Origin: a virus
Lineage: Duplodnaviria; Caudoviricetes
DNA length: 28,198 bases
Direction: 5' to 3' (one strand)
IMG/VR virus record: IMGVR_UViG_3300038673_000067
Span: 1-28,198 of that record
Under the pieces are notes generated by a model. That model was given only the letters and a program-made list of their open reading frames with translations, was not told where the DNA came from and did not search any database. Shown piece by piece: positions 1-8,191 of this stretch. Every line of letters begins with the position of its first letter. Position 1 is the stretch's first letter. The position numbers and the translations under genes were made by a program.

Positions 1-1
1 T

Positions 2-346
2 GATGTTCGCCTTGTCAACATTCCAAAAGTCCCTACCTTTGCAGACGGTGGTTTCGTGGACGAAGGGCAGCTCTTTATTGCCCGTGAAGCCGGTGCTGAA
101 ATGGTCGGCGGTATTGGTCAAAGAACGGCTGTCGCCAACAATGACCAGATCGTTGAAGGTATCTCTGCCGGTGTCTCGTCCGCAAACGATAACGTGGTCG
201 CCGCTATCTATGCTCTGCTTGACGCTGTGGAAAATAAGGATATGACCGTAAATATCGGGGACGAAGAAGTAGGCCGGTCTTATGACCGTTACTCTACCAA
301 GCGTGGTGTCCGCGTGAGCAATGGTGCTTTCGCAAACGCTTATTAA
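2..346 (+). CDS. Tail tape measure protein, C-terminal fragment (5' end outside window)
   Basis: Frame is open from base 2 and reads ...PTFADGGFVDEGQLFIAREAGAEMVG..., a motif typical of siphophage tape-measure C-termini; tail genes follow. Confidence 0.75.
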   Translation, partial: DVRLVNIPKVPTFADGGFVDEGQLFIAREAGAEMVGGIGQRTAVANNDQIVEGISAGVSSANDNVVAAIYALLDAVENKDMTVNIGDEEVGRSYDRYSTKRGVRVSNGAFANAY

Positions 347-357
347 GGAGGCGGGGT

Positions 358-741
358 ATGAACAGTTTTATCAACATCAATGGTCACTCGTACCCAACCC
401 CCAAGCGTGGCCTTAATCTGCAATCCGCAACGCTGGTGGACTCCGGCAGAAATGCCGAAGGTGTGGTGGTAGGGCAAGTCATCGGGCGTGAGCAGCAAAA
501 ATTGAGCAGCCTCGAATGGCCTTATCTCTCCGCTGCCGATTGGTCGGCAATACTGCAAGAGTTTAGTAGTTTCTTTGTGACTGTGACCTATCCCGATATG
601 GTCAACAACACTTGGACTACTCGCAAAATGTACCCAGGCGACAGAAGCGCAACCCCTTACCGCTTGGACAAAAATACAGGCTTGCCGCTCGATTATATTA
701 ACTGCAAGGTCAATCTGATTGATTGCGGAGAGCCGTTCTAA
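358..741 (+). CDS. Phage distal-tail-like protein (DUF6711-like)
   Basis: AGGAGG RBS; 127 aa; position directly after the tape measure; DSGRNAEG and MYPGDR motifs resemble this family. Confidence 0.6.
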   Translation: MNSFININGHSYPTPKRGLNLQSATLVDSGRNAEGVVVGQVIGREQQKLSSLEWPYLSAADWSAILQEFSSFFVTVTYPDMVNNTWTTRKMYPGDRSATPYRLDKNTGLPLDYINCKVNLIDCGEPF

Positions 742-756
742 AAAGGAGGTGTTCAC

Positions 757-3003
757 ATGAAAGTTGTAAGCAACGCTTACAAAGCCGGTATGAAAGCCCT
801 TATGCGTAACAGGTCTTACGTCAAGGTCACTTTCGGCAATGTGGACACCTCCGCGCCCTCTGACGGCTCTTGGGTGAGCAACGGAGCGCAAGGCTACTCG
901 GAGTTCACTACCGTGGATTACGAGTATACCTACGGCAACACCTACGCGGCTCTGGAACTCAACAGATGGGCGCTGGACGGTAACACAGACATATTGCCCT
1001 CTTCCCCTGGGAATGACGGCTATGTGTCCAGCTTTATGAGCGACGCTGACGGAGTATTCTCTACTGCCCCTGTCATCACAAGGGCTTTCACAAACGATCA
1101 CACGTTTCCTGGCCTGACGCTGACCTTTGACTCCCGTGAAAAGGAATGGCCTTTGAGTGTGACCGTTGTGTTCTATCTCAACAATGTAGCCGTGGACACC
1201 AAGACGCTTTCCGTCACGGACACGGAGCTTATCGTCAACACGAGCGCCGACACCGTGGACAAGGTGGCAATCACTTTCGGAAACAGTCTGCCTTATCGCA
1301 GAGCCAGGATCGAACAGGTCATGTACGGCGTGACCAAGGTTTTCACAAACGATGATCTTGTCTCTACGAAACAGTCTCACGACGTTGATCCTCTCTCTCG
1401 CAGACTTCCGAATGAGAGTTTTGAGTTCACTATTCTGGACTACGAGCATAACTACGATCCTGATAATCCTGTCGGTGTTTATGCTTATGTAGACGAGAAA
1501 TCGCCTATCACTATCCAGTTCGGATATATGCTACCAAGCGGTACGATTGAATGGATAAAGGGCGATAAGTACGTTCTCAATTCCAAGCCCACGGTTAAGA
1601 ATGGCAAAGCCACTTTCAAAGGAACAGGGCTTGTCGGCAGTCTGAGCGGGACGTATTACAAGGGCGCTCTCGGCAGCAAGAATTTCTATGACATGGCAGA
1701 GGCCGTGCTTTTGGACGCTGGTTTGACTTTGACCGAACAGGGAGAAAACCCCTGGGAGATTGACGAGAGTTTGCTTTCTATGTTTACGACGGCGGCGCTG
1801 CCTATCGACACACACATGAACTGCTTGCAGCTTATCGCTCACGCTTGCCGCTGTAGGCTCTTCACGGACGATGACAACGTAATCCATATCAAACCCTTTG
1901 GCGTGACCGTGGTAGGTATCTACAGCGGCACATGGGCTGACAACGGGCATGAGTCCTATTCTGAGTGGACTACCGTTGACAAGGGAAATTCTGTTGGCAA
2001 CACCTACGCCACGTTGGAACTTAATCGCTGGACGCTGGACGGCGGGGATCAGGTCATTATAGCTGATACCTCTCCTTCCGGCAGAGGCTTTGTGAGCAAC
2101 AAACTCAGTTCCAATACAGGTGCTTTCAGTACAAACCCTGTATTCACAAAGACCTTCGATGTTTCTCACGATCTGCCGGTGCTGGCAATTCGTTTTGATA
2201 CTCCCCTTGGTGAGTACCCTACCGCTGTGACGGTGAAGTATTACAACGGCACAACACTTCTGGACACCAAGACGGTTGCCGTGACCGCTGCCGAAATCTT
2301 TGTGAACAGTACCCTGGCGCTTGACTGCACGAAGATTGAGGTCACGGCTACAGCCGGACTCCCGTACCGCAGATTGCGGATCAGCAAAATCTATTATCGT
2401 GAGACTGACTTCACTCTGGACTTCTCGTCCATAGCCAAAGACAGTCAACAGATTACGAAAATAGATCAGCTCAAATCCGTAAATGTGGCGAGATACAGCT
2501 ATGTTGCTGACGGCAGCAGCTCTACTCTCTTCGAGGGAACGACTACCGAGACTTCGCTTCATGTGGAGTTTTCGGGGTTAGCACAGAATGTGCAAATATC
2601 TGTGACTGGTGGGACGCTGGTTTCTTCCAGTATCTATGCCAGAGCTGCCGATTTGGTGCTATCCTCCGGCACTAAAACGGTGGTTATCACCGGCACTACA
2701 CTACAGGAGTCCTCGGTAGTCGTTTCTCTTCCTGTAAATCAGGCCGGTGAAGATGACAAGGAGGAAAACCCTCTCATTACGAATGAGACAATGCGCTCTG
2801 CGCTGGCTGACCATGTGGCGGCATATCTGCAAATGCGGAACACCTACGAGGCCAGTTATCGCGGAAATCCTGAAATGGAGGTCGGGGACATCATCGGCTT
2901 GCAGACAAACTACACCGATGAAATGGACGCTCTCATTCTTGTGGACTCCATTACGTTTGACGGCTCTCTGAGCGGAAAGATGAAGGTGAAAGGTCTGATA
3001 TGA
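757..3003 (+). CDS. Tail/baseplate hub protein with an internally duplicated ~155-aa domain
   Basis: 748 aa, AGGAGG RBS; C-terminal YRGNPEMEVGDII resembles baseplate hub ends; the motif GNTYAxLELNRWxLDG...LPYRRxRI occurs twice. Confidence 0.65.
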   Translation: MKVVSNAYKAGMKALMRNRSYVKVTFGNVDTSAPSDGSWVSNGAQGYSEFTTVDYEYTYGNTYAALELNRWALDGNTDILPSSPGNDGYVSSFMSDADGVFSTAPVITRAFTNDHTFPGLTLTFDSREKEWPLSVTVVFYLNNVAVDTKTLSVTDTELIVNTSADTVDKVAITFGNSLPYRRARIEQVMYGVTKVFTNDDLVSTKQSHDVDPLSRRLPNESFEFTILDYEHNYDPDNPVGVYAYVDEKSPITIQFGYMLPSGTIEWIKGDKYVLNSKPTVKNGKATFKGTGLVGSLSGTYYKGALGSKNFYDMAEAVLLDAGLTLTEQGENPWEIDESLLSMFTTAALPIDTHMNCLQLIAHACRCRLFTDDDNVIHIKPFGVTVVGIYSGTWADNGHESYSEWTTVDKGNSVGNTYATLELNRWTLDGGDQVIIADTSPSGRGFVSNKLSSNTGAFSTNPVFTKTFDVSHDLPVLAIRFDTPLGEYPTAVTVKYYNGTTLLDTKTVAVTAAEIFVNSTLALDCTKIEVTATAGLPYRRLRISKIYYRETDFTLDFSSIAKDSQQITKIDQLKSVNVARYSYVADGSSSTLFEGTTTETSLHVEFSGLAQNVQISVTGGTLVSSSIYARAADLVLSSGTKTVVITGTTLQESSVVVSLPVNQAGEDDKEENPLITNETMRSALADHVAAYLQMRNTYEASYRGNPEMEVGDIIGLQTNYTDEMDALILVDSITFDGSLSGKMKVKGLI

Positions 3004-3593
3004 GTACAGTAATCGACACTTTGGTTTATGACCGCACACAGGCCGATGTTGACCGCGTATTTACGCTGAAAAACAAAATCCTTGCGGGTGGCCTGAGCAG
3101 TCTCACAACCGCCGAAAAAGCTGAGTATCTGGCCGGAATGAAAGGCGCGTATAACTACGGCGATATGAACAGAGTCGGAACGGCTGTCGCTTATATCGCC
3201 AACCGCATGACAACGATACCTACGGAGCTGGAAACCTACCGAGAGGGGAAAGGTGTTGCGGAAGATGACTATTTTGACGTTCCTTATGATCCTGCTTCTG
3301 TGGTCGTGTCTGCCAAGACTGATTGGGCTATGGGTAATACTCCCACGCAGTCGCAGATCGCTACTTACCTCGGCAATCTTACCACGTTGCGTGGTTTGCT
3401 ATCACTTCCGGCAGACGCGCCAATCGTCCCGTCCTCCTTAAATGGAATGACCTTTGGCACGGCTAACGATATTGAAAAACTGCTATACGTCATCGACACG
3501 ACGCTGACTGAGGTTGAAACGGAACGCTATTCGCGGATCGACCGCGCCGTTGCCTCTTTCGCATACGCCGGTGTGATGTATTGCGGAGAATAA
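3000..3593 (+). CDS. Tail/baseplate-associated protein
   Basis: ATGA overlap with the upstream gene; DRTQADVD...KGAYNYGDMNRV motif recalled from Firmicutes phage tail modules; located in the tail module. Confidence 0.55.
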   Translation: MSTVIDTLVYDRTQADVDRVFTLKNKILAGGLSSLTTAEKAEYLAGMKGAYNYGDMNRVGTAVAYIANRMTTIPTELETYREGKGVAEDDYFDVPYDPASVVVSAKTDWAMGNTPTQSQIATYLGNLTTLRGLLSLPADAPIVPSSLNGMTFGTANDIEKLLYVIDTTLTEVETERYSRIDRAVASFAYAGVMYCGE

Positions 3594-3602
3594 GGAGGAA
3601 AT

Positions 3603-4742
3603 ATGAAAGACACAGTTATTTTGGGCAACGGCAAGTCCAGAGTCATCAAAGCTCCTGTCGATATGCCCTCCACGTTTGAGGCGTGGAGAACCCAGCTTCT
3701 CGCCGGAGAAGCGTATCTGGACGTATCGTTGAACACAGCTACCACCGGCGACAATGTGGGTGTAAGCGTGGTAGGTACGCCGCAGAACAAATCTACGCTC
3801 CTGGACGATACCACGAAAGCAGCGCTGGAACTGAGCGGTGCTGATCCTAACGTGAATGACGCTTTGTATGCGCTCAGTCAGAAAACTCAGCCGGTACTCA
3901 ATGTCACCACAAACGCGGGAGTAGTTGTTACCGCAACTCTCGGCAGCACCGTACTTTCCGCAACAGCAAACACTAACGGTCTTGCTGTTCTTTATCCGGC
4001 AGAGTTTGGAACGTGGACAATCTCTGCTACGATTAGCGGAACGACGCTCTCTATTCCTTTTGTGATTGACGCTATTGCAGTATTCAACACAACGCTGACA
4101 ACTAATCTTGAACAAGCGTCGTGGGCGTTGATCTCTGCCGTTGCGGAGGCTGGCAACGCTGCCTCTATTTGGAGTGTCGGTGATGTCAAGACAATCTCTA
4201 TTGGTGGCGTGACCTACAATGCACAAATCATAGGTTTCAATCATGATAACAAACAGGCTGGGGGTAAGGCCGGTATCACTTGGCAGTTGAAAGACTGCTT
4301 GAACACTACCGCTCAAATGAATACCTCTAACACCAACGCCGGAGGGTGGACGAGTTCTGCTATGAGAGCTTCTACGTTGGCTTCTGTTCTTGGTCAGTTG
4401 CCAGAAGAGTTGCAGTCTGTTTTGAAAAACGTAAACAAATTGACTTCTGCCGGTAATCGAAGTTCTACCATAAACGCCACGGTTGATAAGCTCTTTCTTC
4501 TTTCTGAGATTGAGATTTTCGGTACTACTACTTACTCCTTTGCCGGAGAAGGTAGCCAGTACGCTTATTATCAGGCCGGAAATACGAAAATCAAGAAAGT
4601 AAATGGCTCTGCGGACTACTGGTGGGAGCGTTCTCCTTATTCCAGCAGCACGGCTGACTTTTGTCAGGTCAACAGCGGCGGCGCCGCTGACGTTTACAGC
4701 GCCAGCAGCTCGGATGGCGTGGCTTTCGGCTTCTGTGTTTAA
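3603..4742 (+). CDS. DGR target 1: putative tail fibre/receptor-binding protein with a C-terminal variable domain (DUF6273-like, probably CLec-type)
   Basis: Last tail gene; N-terminal GTPQNKSTLL motif; C-terminal IIGFNHD...GGW...LLSE.EIFG...WWERSP...GVAFGFCV; the 3' end is VR1. Confidence 0.85.
   Translation: MKDTVILGNGKSRVIKAPVDMPSTFEAWRTQLLAGEAYLDVSLNTATTGDNVGVSVVGTPQNKSTLLDDTTKAALELSGADPNVNDALYALSQKTQPVLNVTTNAGVVVTATLGSTVLSATANTNGLAVLYPAEFGTWTISATISGTTLSIPFVIDAIAVFNTTLTTNLEQASWALISAVAEAGNAASIWSVGDVKTISIGGVTYNAQIIGFNHDNKQAGGKAGITWQLKDCLNTTAQMNTSNTNAGGWTSSAMRASTLASVLGQLPEELQSVLKNVNKLTSAGNRSSTINATVDKLFLLSEIEIFGTTTYSFAGEGSQYAYYQAGNTKIKKVNGSADYWWERSPYSSSTADFCQVNSGGAADVYSASSSDGVAFGFCV
4606..4729 (+). 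repeat. DGR variable repeat VR1
   Basis: Ungapped 124-nt match to TR 5255-5378 with 19 mismatches by manual alignment, 18 of them at TR adenines. Confidence 0.95.
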
Positions 4743-4760
4743 TCCCTTATCAAGAAAAAT

Positions 4761-4781
4761 CGCGCCCCGCAATGGGGCGCG
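4761..4781 (+). promoter_or_regulatory. GC-rich hairpin downstream of VR1 (DGR target-recognition cruciform candidate)
   Basis: CGCGCCCC-GCAAT-GGGGCGCG, an 8-bp perfect stem starting 18 nt after the stop codon. Confidence 0.8.
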
Positions 4782-4796
4782 TAGGAGGTCTTTCAT

Positions 4797-5225
4797 TTGT
4801 CAGTTCTGAAATCCATGCGCGGCGAGAGCGCAATGCAGTTTATCGAAACAGCCAGACGGCTTGAACTTCACGCCTTTTCGGTATGCACAAAAGCCCCTAA
4901 GAGGTACGAGCGGTTTCTTACCGCAAGGATCATGGAGCTTGCGTCTATCGTTCACGAAGAGGTAAGAGCCGCGAACAACATCTGGCCTACCAACAAGCAT
5001 GAGGCTCAAATGCGTAAGGATCATCTGACAAATGCGAATATCGCTTTGCAAAACCTGAGTCCGAAGTTGACCTTGCTCTATGACAGTATTCTTCAAAACC
5101 CCGAAAGCTGTCCCTGGATTGATAACGCTATGAAGGTTTTCGGAGAGTATATCGCTGACGAAGCACAGCTTATCGCCAAAATCAAGAAGTCAGACAAGGA
5201 GAGATATAAAGACCTTACCGATTAA
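4797..5225 (+). CDS. avd: DGR accessory variability determinant (Avd-like four-helix protein)
   Basis: TTG start with AGGAGG at 4783-4788; 142 aa, predicted helical; canonical position between VR and TR/RT. Confidence 0.8.
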   Translation: MSVLKSMRGESAMQFIETARRLELHAFSVCTKAPKRYERFLTARIMELASIVHEEVRAANNIWPTNKHEAQMRKDHLTNANIALQNLSPKLTLLYDSILQNPESCPWIDNAMKVFGEYIADEAQLIAKIKKSDKERYKDLTD

Positions 5226-5254
5226 AAATTTCATGGGTTAAGTCCTGATTTGTT

Positions 5255-5378
5255 GCTCTGCGAACAACTGGTGGGAGCGTTCTCCTAATTCCAGCAACAC
5301 GACTAACTTTTGTAATGTCAACAGCAACGGCAACGCTAACAATAACAACGCCAGCAACTCGAATGGCGTGGCTTTCGG
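5255..5378 (+). ncRNA. DGR template repeat (TR)
   Basis: Non-coding, between avd and RT; 36 adenines and 15 AAC/AAT codons in the VR frame; matches both VR1 and VR2; followed by GGACTCCGT versus GGCTTCTGT/C in the VRs (IMH*/IMH-like divergence). Confidence 0.95.
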
Positions 5379-5604
5379 ACTCCGTAAACCCCAGCGGTCA
5401 GTAAAGTAGCCTCTTTGGGTGAAATCAGTACCTTTTACGGAAGGAGGACTTATACCCTGCCGCAAGGCTAAAACATTCCTTCGATGTGGTCAGCCGGACG
5501 CTGCTTGCATGGTGAGCGAAAGTGCGATAGCTCATTTCATGGCTGGTACTACTACGCAGTTAGAACACGCACCCTACAATAAGACTGTACGGAGGAAACC
5601 TTTT

Positions 5605-6750
5605 ATGACAAGTGAAGAGCGAAGAGAGGCCAGGTATCAGCGCCGAAAAGCCAAGAGGCAAACGGCTCTGGCTCTGAGAAGTCAGAACTGCGGAGATTTT
5701 GAAGAGGTCTTTTCGTTTCGACATCTATATCTATCTGGCAAGAAATGTTGTAAGAACGTCTACTGGAAGAACTCAACACAGCGGTTTGTCGGGAACATCA
5801 TTCCCAACGTCGCAAAGATACACCGAGGTTTGATAGATGGGACGTTCAAGCACAAGGGCTTTCACCAATTTGATTTGATCGAGCGAGGAAAGAAGCGGCA
5901 TATCCGCTCAGTCCATATCTCCGAGAGGGCTGTTCAGAAATGTCTATGTGATTATTGCATTGTTCCCATTTTCTCAGCCTCGTTTATCTATGACAATGCG
6001 GCAAGCCTGAAATACCGTGGCATGGATTTTGCTCTACGCCGTTTGGTATGTCAACTGCAAAAGCACTATCGAAAGTACGGTTTGAAAGGCGGTGTCCTTC
6101 TCTATGATTTTCACAGTTTCTTTGACACCGCGCCTCACGCGCCGTTGTTCTCTGAGTCCCTGAAACGCATACACGATCCCCGCACACGGGAAGTGGCTGA
6201 CAGTTTCATCAAGGACTTCGGCGCTGTCGGACTTGGCCTTGGTAGTCAAGTTTCGCAGACAAACGCTCTCATGCTGCCAAACAGACTTGACCATTACTGT
6301 AAGGAAAACCTACGCTTTCGAGCCTATGGGCGGTATATGGACGATGGCTGGGCGATCCATGAGAATATCGCGTATCTGAGAGCCTGTATGCCGCTCATGA
6401 AAATGGTCTGTGATGAAATAGGTCTTACCTTTAATGAGAAGAAAACGAGAGTCGTTCCTATGAGTGAGTTTCGTATTCTCAAAACGAAATTCATCACAAC
6501 GGAGTCCGGCGAAATCGTCTTGAAGATGAACAGAGACTCCACCACGATCATGAGGCGAAAGCTGAGGGCGTTCAAGAAATGGTGTGACGCTGGCACGTTT
6601 ACGATTGCCGATGTCAGAAGCGCCTATGAAAGCTATCAGGGACACATGAAGCGTGGAAACAGCTTCAAAGTCCGTCAGACAACAGATCACTATTTTGAAG
6701 AGGTGTTCGGCTTCTATCCGAACAAGAAAGGTTGGTCAACTCATGTATAG
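5605..6750 (+). CDS. DGR reverse transcriptase
   Basis: YGRYMDD catalytic motif, GLGLGSQVSQ (DGR-type LGxxxSQ) and YDFHSFFD; ATG 5605 has a GGAGG RBS at 5591; 381 aa with no maturase or endonuclease domain. Confidence 0.93.
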   Translation: MTSEERREARYQRRKAKRQTALALRSQNCGDFEEVFSFRHLYLSGKKCCKNVYWKNSTQRFVGNIIPNVAKIHRGLIDGTFKHKGFHQFDLIERGKKRHIRSVHISERAVQKCLCDYCIVPIFSASFIYDNAASLKYRGMDFALRRLVCQLQKHYRKYGLKGGVLLYDFHSFFDTAPHAPLFSESLKRIHDPRTREVADSFIKDFGAVGLGLGSQVSQTNALMLPNRLDHYCKENLRFRAYGRYMDDGWAIHENIAYLRACMPLMKMVCDEIGLTFNEKKTRVVPMSEFRILKTKFITTESGEIVLKMNRDSTTIMRRKLRAFKKWCDAGTFTIADVRSAYESYQGHMKRGNSFKVRQTTDHYFEEVFGFYPNKKGWSTHV

Positions 6751-7039
6751 GATTACTAAAAACGAAGAAGTCCTTGGTACGGTGAGCGGCCTGTCGTGGG
6801 TGCGTTTGCAGCCTAACGGTTGTTTCGCTCTCTGCGATAAGGAGCTTGCCACCGGCATTGTGGTAGACGGTACGGTGTACCACGTTGACGGGAGAGAGGA
6901 AATCACGGGCGCTGAAACTGTTGTAGTCAATGAGATCAGCGAAGTTGCCTATCAGCAGGAGCAGAAAGCCGCGCAGCTTGAAACACAGATTGCCCTTGCC
7001 GAGCTGTCTATCATGCTTGCCGGTGGCATTACGGAATAA
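6743..7039 (+). CDS. Small tail-accessory protein (XkdW-like position)
   Basis: ATG 6743 overlaps the RT end; 98 aa ending in QIALAEL, a pattern recalled for genes preceding XkdX/CD1375-like ORFs. Confidence 0.5.
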   Translation: MYRITKNEEVLGTVSGLSWVRLQPNGCFALCDKELATGIVVDGTVYHVDGREEITGAETVVVNEISEVAYQQEQKAAQLETQIALAELSIMLAGGITE

Positions 7040-7051
7040 GGAGGAACAAAG

Positions 7052-7192
7052 ATGTTTAATGAAAACAGCGGACTTGTCAAGACCTGGGTAAGCCTTGTGA
7101 GACAGGGCGTTTACACAAAAGAGCAAATCCCGAACCTCAGCAATCTCAGGGAAATCGTAATTTCTGTATTGGACGGAGGTGAAACGGCATGA
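7052..7192 (+). CDS. 46-aa CD1375/XkdX-like small protein, copy 1 (absent from the ORF track)
   Basis: AAGGAGG RBS; translates as MFNENSGLVKTWVSLVRQGVYTKEQIPNLSNLREIVISVLDGGETA. Confidence 0.7.
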   Translation: MFNENSGLVKTWVSLVRQGVYTKEQIPNLSNLREIVISVLDGGETA

Positions 7193-7326
7193 CATTCACG
7201 AAAAACAGCGGTCTGGTAAAGACTTGGGTGAGTCTCGTTCTTTGCGGTGTTTTCACGGTCGATCAAGTTCCCAAACTGTTCAATCTGAAAACTGTTGTTG
7301 CGGAGATCGTCAATGAAGTGATGTAA
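7189..7326 (+). CDS. 45-aa CD1375/XkdX-like small protein, copy 2 (absent from the ORF track)
   Basis: GGAGGT RBS and ATGA overlap; translates as MTFTKNSGLVKTWVSLVLCGVFTVDQVPKLFNLKTVVAEIVNEVM. Confidence 0.7.
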   Translation: MTFTKNSGLVKTWVSLVLCGVFTVDQVPKLFNLKTVVAEIVNEVM

Positions 7327-7338
7327 GGGAGGGCGTTT

Positions 7339-7641
7339 ATGAACGAAACCTTACAGCAAGCCCTTACTTACACAAGTGTTATCCTGAACTTCATTCTCGC
7401 CTATCTCGCGTTCATGCGAAACAAAAAGAAAGACGATGAAGCTGACGGCAAGCACAGCGGCACAATGCTGACGGAAATCGGGTATATCAAGTCCGGCATT
7501 GATGACATCAAAAAGAAGCAGGAGAAACAGGACGAGCAGCACATTGAAATTGTGTCTCGCCTCTGTTCCGTAGAAGCCTCTGCGAAGCAAGCGCATAAGC
7601 GTATAGACTCGTTGGAGGGCAGCAGACCTGAAAGGGAGTGA
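7339..7641 (+). CDS. Lysis-module membrane protein (N-terminal TM plus coiled coil, XhlA-like)
   Basis: One hydrophobic helix followed by a charged heptad region; located before the holin genes. Confidence 0.55.
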   Translation: MNETLQQALTYTSVILNFILAYLAFMRNKKKDDEADGKHSGTMLTEIGYIKSGIDDIKKKQEKQDEQHIEIVSRLCSVEASAKQAHKRIDSLEGSRPERE

Positions 7642-7645
7642 GGTC

Positions 7646-7918
7646 ATGCACGTCAAAAAGAAAGCCTTTTCAAAGGTGCTTCTCATTCAAGAGTCGGTAC
7701 TTATATGGCTTTTGACGTTTGCGTTCATTGCCCTCGCTTTCCTCTGCGTCATTAAGGGGTACACGGGTAGCCTCCCTTGGCTATCCGTTACCCTGACCGG
7801 CGCGTGGACGGCATACGGGGTGTCTCAGGCAATGTACTACAACAAATCAAAGGCCGAAAACACAAAGGGCGGCATCGTTTATGACACCGCGATCAATCCA
7901 AACCAGGATTGCGATTAA
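7646..7918 (+). CDS. Two-TM membrane protein, holin-like
   Basis: Two hydrophobic segments; lysis-module position. Confidence 0.55.
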   Translation: MHVKKKAFSKVLLIQESVLIWLLTFAFIALAFLCVIKGYTGSLPWLSVTLTGAWTAYGVSQAMYYNKSKAENTKGGIVYDTAINPNQDCD

Positions 7919-7928
7919 GGAGGGTATT

Positions 7929-8189
7929 ATGAGCAATTTTCTGAGAAAAATCAGCAGCCGTAAGCTCTGGCTGGCTCTTGCCGGTATTGCTACGGGTATC
8001 GCTATGGCTCTCGGCGCGGACACGGGCGAGATCGGTACCGTTGCCGGTGCTGTGACCGCTATCGTTTCCGTCGTGACGTACATTGTCACCGAGGGAAAGA
8101 TCGACGCTGCCGGAGTCAAGGTAGCCATTGAGAGCGGTCAGGAGGCTGTGGAAACAATTACTGCCGAAGATACCTCGAAGGAGGAATAA
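7929..8189 (+). CDS. Putative holin
   Basis: AAGGAGG RBS before ATG 7929; starts MSNFLRKISSRKLWLALAG, two TM segments and an acidic tail; directly precedes the endolysin. Confidence 0.7.
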   Translation: MSNFLRKISSRKLWLALAGIATGIAMALGADTGEIGTVAGAVTAIVSVVTYIVTEGKIDAAGVKVAIESGQEAVETITAEDTSKEE

Positions 8190-8191
8190 TT

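Larger units (their letters stand above)
4606..6750 (+). mobile_element. Diversity-generating retroelement cassette (VR1-hairpin-avd-TR-RT)
   Basis: All core components are present in canonical order within the tail module. Confidence 0.95.

Noticed and set aside
343-4796. Long minus-strand ORFs (343-1449, 1531-2562, 3483-4796) and similar ones elsewhere
   Set aside because: Antisense shadows of well-supported plus-strand genes; no recognisable motifs.
5238-5465. 75-aa minus-strand hydrophobic ORF over the TR (and alternate-frame ORFs over VR1 and VR2)
   Set aside because: Artefact of the AAC-rich template read in reverse or in another frame.
5419-5604. N-terminal extension of the RT from GTG 5419
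   Set aside because: ATG 5605 has a clear GGAGG RBS, and the upstream stretch looks like structured DGR spacer RNA.
5605-6750. RT as a group II intron, retron or Abi RT
   Set aside because: Adjacent TR/VR pair with adenine-specific mismatches, an avd-like gene, the LGxxxSQ motif and the lack of extra domains all indicate a DGR.
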